Part shown: piece by piece, positions 20,751 through 31,400 of the stretch | Numbering within the stretch: position 1 is the first letter of the stretch | Layout of the letters: each line of letters opens with the position of its first letter | Assembly (NCBI RefSeq): GCF_011386835.1 | Contig: NC_088792.1 | Coordinates: 287,246,463-287,310,000 of the forward strand | Direction: 5' to 3' | DNA: 63,538 nucleotides | From: Chrysemys picta bellii | Lineage: Eukaryota | The notes under the pieces: generated by a model | Database searches by the model: none | What the model was told of the DNA's origin: nothing | Seen by the model: the letters and a program-made list of their open reading frames with translations, nothing else | Program-made: the position numbers and the translations under genes

Positions 20751-21850
20751 CAGGGTCGGCAACCTTTCAGAAGAGGTGCACCTAGTCTTCATTTATTCAC
20801 TCTAATTTAAGGTTTTGCGTGCCGGTAATACATGTTAACGTTTTTAGAAGGTCTCTTTCTATAATATGTAACTAAACTATTGTATGTAAAGTAAACAAGG
20901 TTTTCAAAATGTTTAAGAAGCGTCATTTAAAATTAAATTAAAATGCTGATCTTACACCAGCAGCCTGCTCAGCTCGCTGCCAGCCTGGGGTTCTGTTCAC
21001 CTAGGCCGGCAGCAGGCTGAGCAGGGCCTATGCCCGGGACCCCAGACCTGGGGGGAGGGGTTCAGGGCAGAGGGCTGGGGTGTGTGTGGGGGATCAGGGT
21101 ACAGGGCTGGGGTGTGTAGGGCTGGGTGTGTGGGGGGTTCAAGGGTCAGGTCAGAGGGCTGTGGGGGGTGCAGGGCAGAAGGCCGGGTGTGTGTTGGGGT
21201 GTGGGGGTTCAGGGCATAGGGCTGGGAGTGTGGGAGGGGTGCAGGGCAGAAGGCTGGGGTGTGTGGGGGTGTTCTGGGATCAGGGTAGAGGGCTGGGGTT
21301 TGTAGGGCAGAGGGCTGGGTGCGGGGGGGGGGTTCAAGGGTCAGGTCAGAGGGCTGTGGCGGATGCAGGGCAGAAGGCTGGGTGTGTGTGGGGGGGTCAG
21401 GGCAGAGGGATGGGGCTGTGGGGGTGCAGGGCAGAAGGCAGGAGTGTGCGGGGGGTTCAAACGTCAGAGGGCTGGGGTGCTCGGCAGGGGGCTGGAAGGG
21501 ATATGTCCTGTTCCACCCCCTTCCCCCAGGCTCTGTCCCTACCTCTCTCTGCGTCCTCTACGGAGCTGTGTGCACGCTGCCGCTCTTCCCCCTCCCCCTC
21601 GCTAGGGCCATCAACTGATTGGTGCAGGGATGGAGAGGGGGAGGGGAAGGAAAGCACCACGCTGTGGGAAGAAGCGGGGGAGGGGGGAAGCTTGGCTGCT
21701 GCAGAACCAAGCTTCTGCATCCTGCCCCTGCAGCGGAGAGTGGTGAGCGGGGTGGGGGGCTGAGTGGGGCTGGGGGCCGGGACCGCGGCAGGGAGCTGCG
21801 TGCCACTCAGAATCGGCTCCCATGCTGTGTTTGGCACGCGTGCCGTATGT
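20751..21850. mobile_element. Probable hAT-like non-autonomous DNA element with a G/T-rich tandem-repeat interior
   Basis: Begins 'cagggtcggcaacct' and ends 'gttgccaacccctg', an inverted-terminal resemblance typical of reptile hAT MITEs. The interior has degenerate 'ggggtgcagggcagaaggctg' repeats. Confidence 0.55.
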
Positions 21851-24800
21851 TGCCAACCCCTGTGTTAGGCCTTGGTATAATGTTATAGCCCCTAAGGATA
21901 GTTAAAGTAGAAGAAAAATGTCTTTTTGCTCGGAGTAGAATAAGAACTCTCTCCCCTGCCCCCCCGCCACTCCCTTAATCAATTGCCCTGTTGAATAAGT
22001 GAGGTGTGAATGAGCAAGGCATGGAAGGCAAGCACCACCAGACAGCTGCAACAGTTGGAGAGGGGATGGAAGCCAGACCCAAAAACAATAAAACTTGTCA
22101 AGTGGGCTCACTGAAGAAGAGCAGATATACTGAGGGCCTTGTGGGTTAGAAGCAAGCACCTTCTTTTGCAAACACCCTCTTTGAACAGCACTGGGACAAC
22201 ACCCAGAAAAAAAGCAGTACAAAGGACCAACAGACACAGATACAGATCTTGAATCTGGTATAGATTTGCATGAGAGGGAAGCTGCTATAAATGTGAGGTG
22301 TCTTGCAGAGGCCCCCTGGTCTCGTCTTGTCAACATGAGAGCATCGATCCGGATCGGCAGAAGCCCAGCTCCATCCCTTCCCCATCTAACTCACCTGGCC
22401 AGTGAAGTTAAGGTAACAACAAGACGGAGCATGCTTGTGTGTGAGTGTAATACAACATATGCATATGATACAGTGTGGATTTGGTACATGTATTACCAAT
22501 AAATGTGGCGCTTTGCCTTATTCCCCTGAAAAGATCCTGTGCAGTACTTTGAGTACAACATATAAACAGGGTGCCTTGCCATGAAACTGCGGGTTCATCC
22601 TCCCAAGACTTCCCTAGATTTAGTCCATAGGTTATAATCCAAATGTTTATATTCAGGGTGGTCCAGTTAGGACTGGGATATCAGTCTTACGGCTTAAGCT
22701 TCCCCTGCATGAAGCAGATCTGAGCTAAAAAGAATCAGGTCCCAAAAGCCTTTTATACAATTTCCAGGCTCTCTTTGACAGTTCGGAGACCTTTGGCAAA
22801 CAACAGGTACTTATGGAAGCTTATTTCCTAAGCATCACCGGTAGTTAGTTACACAAATTAACATAAGGCAATTTATTCATTAGGCAGTCTATCACAAACT
22901 TCAAAGAGACATATCAACAATAATATTGTTGCATTCAAGATTCACCTAAATCAGGGGTGGGCAAACTTTTTGGCCTGAGGGCCACATCAGGGTTTGGACA
23001 TTGTATGGTGTCAATGAATGCTCATGAAATTGGGGTTGGGGTGTGTGGGAGGGGGTGTGTTAGTCTGTATCAGCAAAAACAACGAGTCCTCCTTGTGGCA
23101 CCTTAGAGACTAACAAATTTATTTGGGCATAAGCTTTCGTGGGCTAGAACCCACTTGGATCATATGCAGTTCTCCTTCTAAGGTACCTCAAAGTCCAAGC
23201 CACTTTCCCAGTGGCTGGGGGGGTGTGTGTGTGACCGAGGTCCACCCTCTACTTTGGGTCCCAGTGCAGGGACCCTATAGATAGCAGCCATCCGCCATGT
23301 CCCTTTAAATAAACTGAGTTGCTGCTCTAATTAGCTGGGCCACCTCTCCGTGGCTCTCACACATTCTTCACCCTTATCTCAGGGCCTTGTCCTTGTGGAG
23401 TCCCCACACCCAGCCTGGAGCAACAGCCACTCTCCTCCAGCTCTAGCAAGGAACTGAACTTGCTCTCGCCCTGCAGCGCTTCTTATATTGACCTGCTGGG
23501 CCCCGACTGGATGCTGCTCACACAGCCGCTCCAGGCAGCTTGGAGGACCTCTCTACTGCTCTTTTTCTGGGGCGGGTTGTGGCAGGACCACAAGGCCTCC
23601 AGCAGGGGTCCTCAAAGCGTAGTCCACCCCATCAGAACCTCCAAAAGGAGAGAGACTTTTAATAGGATTTGATTACCTTGTTTCCTACAGTTACTCAGTT
23701 TGAGTTTTGCTTTCTAGTCCTTACTTGTGTTTTCATCAGTAAACTTCCAACTTTGTAATGAGTGCGTTTGGGTGTGTGCCAAGAAGCCAGGGTCGCTGTA
23801 GAAAGCCAGCGGCTCTACACACCCACCCATCCCTGAACCTTTTTATCACAGTTTCACTGTCGGACAGTGAAGGAGTTTATAACACCTTTAACTCTTTGGG
23901 GCCCTGCTATGAATACAATAGGACCAACACCATGCATCGCGTGGGGACAGGTAGGTGCCGAAGGAAGGCCTTGTCTGCAGCCAGGCAGTTGAAACTGTCA
24001 ACCAGATAGGCAGGGACGGAACAGGGGTTTAGGTGTCTGAGCAGCTGACTTGGTACCCCGGGCTGGCTGATGGGCCAGAGATCAGTGCCTCACTCCACTC
24101 CGGAGCCACAGCCTCAAACCCTCTCCCGGAGTCAGACACCTATGCCAAGTTAGCCGCCTAGGTAGCCCATGTCCTACTAGCCAAACCCACATCTCTCTCT
24201 GTGTCGCACGATTCCTGGCTCACCCTATTTTCCCATGGCCCCAGCTGTCCTTTGTGGGATGCTCTGCTGTTCCTCTGCCTAGTGGGGACCAGTCTCTGGC
24301 TCGTCTCCCGTGAGGGCTGGCAGGTACGAGGTGTTCGGCATGGTGGAGCGGCCCTACAGGATTGAACTGACTAGTTTGAGAATTCTGCTTCCGCGGCCTC
24401 TGGAGCTTCAGCCTTCGAGCAGCTCTGTAGCTGGGGAGGGCTTCAGCACCGAGCCAGCTTTGCAAATGCTGCTTGGAGGAAAGATTGGCCCCTATAGGCA
24501 CCATCACCCTGCGGGACGACGGCACCTGTATCCCCCTGCGTGGTCCAGCAAGGGTTTTTGGCACCCAGCCATCACGTCTCCTTGGCAGAGACCCCGCATC
24601 TCTCTCCCTCCTGACGGGTGACGTTCCAGGCTACACAGTTCCCTCCCGCAGCCCACCCTGACCCAAACGGCCTGCATCTGCGCTTTGCTTCCTCTTCAGA
24701 GACGGAACGCTCAGTGATTAGTTACTATCCAGCTCTTTCTGTGCAAGCACAGTCATTGTTACGGGGAAGCATTACAGAGAAAGCACATTACCAGCAATAC

Positions 24801-25506
24801 AAGAACCCACAAGTGAGGCAGGGTGACTATGCTACAAAGCTTGAAGTCAGCCCAGCTCCAGCCAAGGACTCTGCCAACTGTCAATCCTTCTAGCCCTTCC
24901 TTAAGGCTTGCCCTCCCCACTCTGAGAACTATAGTACAGACAGTCCCTGGGCCACAGAGATATGTAAACTTCGTACAATCAAAGCTCCTAAGGGTACTGC
25001 AGGGTATTACCATATATGTCAGAACCGTCTACAGGGTTACGTGCCTCTGGGCCTGGTATTTGATTCCTAGTCCCCTCTCTAATCAGGCACTCCCCCCACT
25101 TCCCCTCAATACGTCAACCCGGCCCTTTATCACAGCTGCTCTGCTCTTATCTTAGATCTGCACCCAACAATCAACAGCTCTGAACCCTCAAAACCATCAT
25201 GTTCCCTCACTTGCAGAGAGATGAGAACTGACCTGGGACAAAGGCAGTTTATTTCCAAAGGTGAAACATGAAATAGCAAATCAAGCAGACAGAGCTCACC
25301 AGACAGCACAGTTTGTCTTTACTAGAAAGGTTGATATTGAATTTTAAAAATTCAAGACAAGTATAAACATTCTATCAAAATGCATAAAAAGAGCCAAGAA
25401 AGGGAGCATCCCCCAGTCACTTCTCTTCCAGAGAGATTCTGACAGCCCAGGAATATGCTCAGGACCGTTCACACCAAGATTTGGTTACTGGAGTCGGTGG
25501 CTGGTT

Positions 25507-26163
25507 TCAGGAATCTCTGGGGCTGGTCCCCTCGCTCTCTCCTCCTGTCTCCATCTCGCTGCTCCCCGGCTCCTTTCCCTCCCTGGCCAGGTTTCCTTCT
25601 CCTGCCTTCACCCCCTGGCAGACGCTGATGGGAACGGCTCTCCCTTCTGCAGCTGGCAGGGCCAGATGTGGCGCCTCGATGCAGAGCTGCCCATCCTGGG
25701 ACAGGGAGCAGAGCACGGCCTCCACGTTCACGTCTTCCGGCAGGAGAGTTTCTCTGCGGATCTCCCTGTATTCGTGGGAGCAGACTCCAGCCTCCGACGC
25801 CGTTTTCTTCTCCTGCTTCCCCGTCACCGTCAGCTTCCTCCCGTCCACTCTCACCATCAGCTCAGCTGGGGAGAAGCCGCTCACATCCATGGAGAGCTGG
25901 AACTTGTCCTTCCCCTGTGCCTGGGAGCCGGGCTCCTTCCCAGCCCCCTCCGCCAGGGACCGGCTGCTCGGCCTCGGCCTCCTCCCCTCACCCTCCCCGC
26001 AGAGAAGGGGAGAAGCCAGAAGGAGGGAGTGTCTCAGTCGCTCCATCTCCTCCAGGTGCGTCTGCACGTCCCCCACCAGCTGGGCCAAGAGGCTGTGGGG
26101 CCCCAGCCCCAGGAGCCTGGGCACTGGGGCGCTGCTGCCAAGCCACACTCGGAGCGGGAGCAT
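25507..26163 (-). CDS. HSP30: Small heat-shock protein, HSP30/HSPB9-like, copy C (218 aa from the ATG at 26163)
   Basis: Same protein. The first true ATG is at 26163; the listed start at 26361 is a GTG in the presumed leader. Confidence 0.92.
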   Translation of the reverse strand: MLPLRVWLGSSAPVPRLLGLGPHSLLAQLVGDVQTHLEEMERLRHSLLLASPLLCGEGEGRRPRPSSRSLAEGAGKEPGSQAQGKDKFQLSMDVSGFSPAELMVRVDGRKLTVTGKQEKKTASEAGVCSHEYREIRRETLLPEDVNVEAVLCSLSQDGQLCIEAPHLALPAAEGRAVPISVCQGVKAGEGNLAREGKEPGSSEMETGGESEGTSPRDS

Positions 26164-26207
26164 CCTGCCCGGGTCCTGGAGCTGCTGCACCGAGTTCAGC
26201 TGCTGAG

Positions 26208-26220
26208 ACGACGACGACGA

Positions 26221-26315
<95 letters not shown>
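26208..26315 (-). repeat. (CAG)31 plus (CGT)5 trinucleotide tract in the 5' leader of copy C
   Basis: The plus strand has (ACG)5 at 26208-26222 and (CTG)31 at 26223-26315. The other three copies carry only about 3 CAG units here. Confidence 0.95.
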
Positions 26316-26317
<2 letters not shown>

Positions 26318-26386
26318 GATGGAGCTACCGCTGCCTGACTCCCTGCCCAGCTGCTGCTCACTGGCTCCGGCAGCCCCCGCGCCGCC

Positions 26387-26431
26387 TTTTATAGCCTGCT
26401 CGGGCCGCGCCGGGCCCGTCGGGAACCTTCC
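26387..26431 (-). promoter_or_regulatory. Copy C promoter: TATAAAA (26387-26393) and HSE with a mutated third pentamer (26417-26431)
   Basis: The minus strand reads gGAAggTTCccGACg: GAA is changed to GAC in the TATA-proximal unit. Confidence 0.85.
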
Positions 26432-26649
26432 CGCTGCTGGGGGGCGGGGCCTGGCGCTGCTGTTGAAGGGCTCTGCTCGGGAGGGGCGGGGCTGGGGGCG
26501 GGGCCTGGCTCTGCTCGGGAGGGGCGGGGTCTTGCTTGCTCGGCTGGAGGGGCCCAGCAAGTTCCAGCAGCTGCTGGCGGGCGGAGCTCCCGGGCCGGGC
26601 TTTGCTGGATCCTTCCCGATCCCGCTGTGTTTGAGGGGGCGGGGTCACG

Positions 26650-26862
26650 CCGGGGGTACGGGCTGGAGCGGGGGGGGGGGGTCAGAGCCGGGGGTACGGG
26701 CTGGAGCGGGGGGGGGGTTCAGGGCCGGGGGTACGGGCTGGAGCCGGGGGGGGTTCAGGCCGGGGGTACGGGCTGGAGCCGGGGGGGGGGCGTTCAGGCC
26801 GGGGGTACGGGCTGGAGCCGGGGGGGGGGTTCAGGGCCGGGGGTACGGGCTGGAGCCGGGGA
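26650..26862 (+). repeat. ~37-bp G-rich minisatellite, 6 copies (ccgggggtacgggctggagc+Gn)
   Basis: Units start at about 26650, 26688, 26725, 26760, 26799 and 26837. The homologous A/B spacer has only 2 units (about 17249 and 17287). Confidence 0.9.
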
Positions 26863-27609
26863 GACAGTCCCCGGGCGGGGTCTGGGCGGGGGGCGGGTTG
26901 GACAGTCCATGTGCGGAGCCGACACGGGAGACGGGCGAACACCCCCCACAGCGCACGTGTAATAAACAGTAACAGAGACTCGTGTCCGGTCCGGGGGGGT
27001 CACACCCTGCAGCTGTCTCTGCCCCCCGCCCCCAGCGGCTCCTCCGAGGCTCTGTCCATTCACTAACACGAGGCAGGAGCTTCAGGGCACCTGAGAAACC
27101 CTCCAAGTTTGGCAGCCCCACAAACGGCAGATCCCGACCCCTGCTGGGGGCAGGGGCTGGAGGGGGGGGGCACTTTATCCCAACTGTGACTCTGGTTCCT
27201 CAAGGGCGGGGCTCTAACGGGGGGGGGGGAATATCCCGTTCGCGGGGGGGGGGGGGGGAGGGGTTCTGCCCGGCGCTGGTCCGGGAGCGGGGGTCTGTGC
27301 TACCGGGCTCGGAACCCCCCGGGCAGAGCCGGGCTCCAGCCTGTGCCCCGCCGCTGAACCCGCCCCCCCCCCGCTCCAGCGCGTGCCCCCGGCATGAGAC
27401 CCGCTCCCCCCCCCCAACACAGCGGGATCGGGAAGGATCCAGCAAAGCCCGGCCCGGGAGCTCCGCCCCCTAGCGGCTGCTGGAAGCTGCTGGGCCCCCC
27501 CAGCCCCGCCCCTCCCGAGCAGCGCCAGGCCCCGCCCCCAGCCCCGCCCCTCCCGAGCAGCGCCAGCCCCCGCCCCCCGAGCAGCGCCAGGCCCCGCCCC
27601 CCAGCGGCG

Positions 27610-27654
27610 GGAAGGTTCCCGAAGCGCCCGGCGCGGCCCGAGCAGGCTATAAAA
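27610..27654 (+). promoter_or_regulatory. Copy D promoter: perfect HSE (27610-27624) and TATAAAA (27648-27654)
   Basis: gGAAggTTCccGAAg ... gcTATAAAAgg. Confidence 0.88.
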
Positions 27655-27779
27655 GGCGGCGCGGGGGCTGCCGCAGCCAGTGAGCAGCAGCCGGGCAGGG
27701 AGTCAGGCAGAGGCGGCTCCAGCAGCAGCGTCTCAGCAGCTGAACTCGGCCCAGCGGCTCCAGGCCCCGGGGGGGCAGG

Positions 27780-28436
27780 ATGCTCCCGCTCCGAGTGTGG
27801 CTTGGCAGCAGCGCCCCAGTGCCCAGGCTCCTGGGGCCGGGGCCCCACAGCCTCTTGGCCCAGCTGGTGGGGGACGTGCAGACGCACCTGGAGGAGATGG
27901 AGCGACTGAGACACTCCCTCCTTCTGGCTTCTCCCCTTCTCTGCGGGGAGGGTGAGGGGAGGAGGCCGAGGCCGAGCAGCCGGTCCCTGGCTGAGGGGGC
28001 TGGGAAGGAGCCCGGCTCCCAGGCGCAGGGGAAGGACAAGTTCCAGCTCTCCATGGACGTGAGCGGCTTCTCCCCAGCTGAGCTGATGGTGAGAGTGGAC
28101 GGGAGGAAGCTGACGGTGACGGGGAAGCAGGAGAAGAAAACGGCGTCGGAGGCTGGAGTCTGCTCCCACGAATACAGGGAGATCCGCAGAGAAACTCTCC
28201 TGCCGGAAGACGTGAACGTGGAGGCCGTGCTCTGCTCCCTGTCCCAGGATGGGCAGCTCTGCATCGAGGCGCCACATCTGGCCCTGCCAGCTGCAGAAGG
28301 GAGAGCCATTCCCATCACCGTCTGCCAGGGGGTGAAGGCAGGAGAAGGAAACCTGGCCAGGGAGGGAAAGGAACCGGGGAGCAGCGAGATGGAGACAGGA
28401 GGAGAGAGCGAGGGGACCAGCCCCAGAGATTCCTGA
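27780..28436 (+). CDS. HSP30: Small heat-shock protein, HSP30/HSPB9-like, copy D (218 aa)
   Basis: Same protein, divergent from copy C. Confidence 0.92.
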   Translation: MLPLRVWLGSSAPVPRLLGPGPHSLLAQLVGDVQTHLEEMERLRHSLLLASPLLCGEGEGRRPRPSSRSLAEGAGKEPGSQAQGKDKFQLSMDVSGFSPAELMVRVDGRKLTVTGKQEKKTASEAGVCSHEYREIRRETLLPEDVNVEAVLCSLSQDGQLCIEAPHLALPAAEGRAIPITVCQGVKAGEGNLAREGKEPGSSEMETGGESEGTSPRDS

Positions 28437-31400
28437 AACCAGCAACAAAGTTGAACAACTATGGGACTTCTCTGCATTGCGTCCACACAGCGTAGCTTGC
28501 GTAGCAGCTGATATTGATTTGAATGCTCCTGTGCCCCTTCCGGGCCTTTCAGAGTTTACTCCAGCTGTGCTGGAACAGTTTGTATAGTGGGGGTATTAAG
28601 AGCCATTGAATCAAACTGTAACCCCTTTACGCCAGGAGGTGAAGCCGCGTCCCTAGTTCCAGCACGTCTGATTTACTCCATGTGATTCACCCTGTGAGAA
28701 GTGACTGATACACCTTTCCTGGTTGCTCAGTGTTGGTGTCTGATGTACATAACATTACTGGTCGTGATTGTGAAAAATATTAATTTCGTAACTGTCAATA
28801 GCAGCTGGTTTGCTGGATGCTGTTTGTGTCTGTGTAACTGCTGCCAATAAACCCACCTCTTCGGCCTTTTCTCATCACCCTTTTCAGTCCACCTTCCAAA
28901 CTGAACAGTGTGGGCTTGGGTGGGGGTGGGAGAGTCAGGGACCTGTTTGATGTTGCACACGACTGAGGATAGGTCCATTTCATAGCTCACTGGAGCAGGT
29001 GCAACAGCTGCTAGCGCAGGCTCTCCCAGCACAGGGTGTTACTTAACGGAATAGTTGGTGAGAGAGGGTTTGATAGGCAAACAGGAGTTACTGTCCCGCA
29101 TCCTTCTTCAGCTGCCCGCTCCACTGGAGGGCTCAGCGTCCTGGAAAGTAAAGGGAAATAACTACATGAAGCGAAGCAGGAGACCTACTGCTACGGTAGG
29201 AGCTTAAGCAATAGGCTCAGTGAATGGGAGAGAGCAGGGAGGATGGTTAGAAATTGGGGCTTCCTCACTCTTCCCCCCCCGTGCAACTTACCTACCCCAT
29301 CCTGCTGCCCTGAGGCCACGTGCATCCAGAGGGCAGCATGAGGGAAGGAAGGGGTGGAATTTTTTCGGCTGTCCCAGTATAACTCCAGCTGGTAGTGGCT
29401 GGAAAAGAATGGTCCCTTACCCTACAGCAACGGTGGCTCTTTGAGATGGTGTGGGCATTGCGGATCCCACTGTGAGGGGGGGGGGGTGGCGCATGAGCCC
29501 GATGTACATCAGCCAGGAGTGTTTCTCAATAGCTGTTGTGCTGAACTGAGAAACGTCTCATTCATTTTCATGAATGAAGAGGCGTGACTCAGTTTCCCTT
29601 TTTTGTCGTGTGTTACCTGCTGGGTCAGAAAGGGTTAACTTTTTTCTTGAAAGGAGACAAAGCAATGCAGTGATTTGCAGGGGGTGGGTGGGATGGATGA
29701 ACCAGCAGGAAGTAACAGCACTAGAGAGGACTTACTGCAGATGGCTAGATGGGTCACCAAGCCAGCGGGGGCAGGGAATTGTATATGCTGGTTTGGACAG
29801 GGTTCAAGAGGCCCAGCAGATTAAGTTTGGAGAAGTGTATAAAGTGGGCAACCTATGATAGCAGGGTTTGTGGGGGGAGGTGCCATTCTCACTTGGTCCA
29901 AACACTGACACACATAAGCCAAGGGGTCAGATCCTGCTGGAAGGTTGAGGGACGGACCCCTGCTGAAGATGGATGACATGCTAATACAGGCAGGCGTAGA
30001 GGCTGTTTAGTGTTTTATTAGCTGTTTTCTCTTCATGTTTTTGTTCTGAATAAATCCTTTCCTTTATGAAGCCTGGCTAGACAACGGATCACCCAGTCAT
30101 AGCACCAGGCAGAGACAGGACAGCAAGTGCTAAGCCTCACTAAGTTGATCACAGTGAGTCCCAAGAGAAAATTACAGCCTAAAGCCCTGGTGTCGAGGGA
30201 GAGGCGTGTGATTTCCCACCCAGAAAAAGGTGATGGCTACAGGCCTGAGATCTGAGCAGGGGGCCTTCAAGGAAGCTATGAAAGGATCAGGGGTGCAGTT
30301 AACCCTGGAACTGTGATCGGGACTTTTGTGTCCCCCTGGGCCAGAGGGCCCCTCCCCACCCTTTCTGCCTGCAGTCCTCCTTGTCCCCAGTCCTGCTGGG
30401 GAGCGGGGTCGGGGGCTTCCCCGATCCCTGACAGGAGCACTGGGCGGGCAGAGCGGGACAGCCCCAGCACCCCTGACCCTGCTCCCCAACAGGAGCGCCA
30501 GGTAGGTGGGTGGAGCAGGTCGGGGCACGTCCATTTTTCCAGGACCCCCCCAATTGGCTGGGGCCCCCCAATTGTCCTGTTGTCCAAGTGGCTAATCCAC
30601 CACTGAGGTGATAGCGATGTCCATCCAGGCCACACATGCCCCCGTGCCTCCTCATGCTCCCACAAGAGGGCATAACGGGCAGGGCGGCCAGACCTCCCTC
30701 AGTTCCCTCACAATTCAAAGCCCATGTTGCCAAGGTCTCCAAATGGAGGCCGGGTTGGGGGATCCCCATGGACTACAACATCCCGGAGAACCACAGTTGC
30801 TGTGGGGCGAGTAGCAGTTCCCTGTTGCCGTATGTGTCCGTGTGGCTTCTGATCGAGGCGACCGGAAAGTAGCATCCTCACTGGATGGTGGGCGGGAGGC
30901 GTTTCAGCTGTCAGTCAAACAGGGATCGAAGTACTGCTCTCCCGGACCGTGCTGCTCTCCTGCCCTTGGCATCTGACCTGGCTACCACGTCTACAGCATA
31001 ACGTTGAACAACAGGCAGTGAAGTGCTCCACAGTGCAGCTAGCAGAGACTCGCACCTACCTGATGCAGGCAAGAGATGCTGCTGCTGGAGCGCACCTTGT
31101 CACTCAGAGGGGGAGGCTTGGCAGCTATCTGATAGCAGGGGAAATGCCCCATGAGATCGACTTAGAGAGGCTCAGTGATGAGATGGCTTGGCCAGAAATG
31201 GCCACAAAGAGGCAGGGAGACAGCCTGAAGAAGGGCGTGGTGAAGTTAAGGAAACAGAGCAAACTCTGGCCATGTTCAAAGTACATAGCTTCTTTTCTCC
31301 TAGCGTTGAATGCTGCTTCAAGATTGGCAGGCAGGGTAATTGCTCAGTTGACGGGGGGAGCTCGGTGGTTTGAGCATGGGCCTGCTAAACCCAGGTTTGT

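Noticed and set aside
25507-26361. 284-aa ORF starting at a GTG at 26361 as the real copy C protein
   Set aside because: The GTG lies about 30 nt from the TATA box, essentially at the predicted cap site, so it is unlikely to initiate. The first ATG is at 26163. The in-frame poly-Ala is kept only as a non-canonical possibility.
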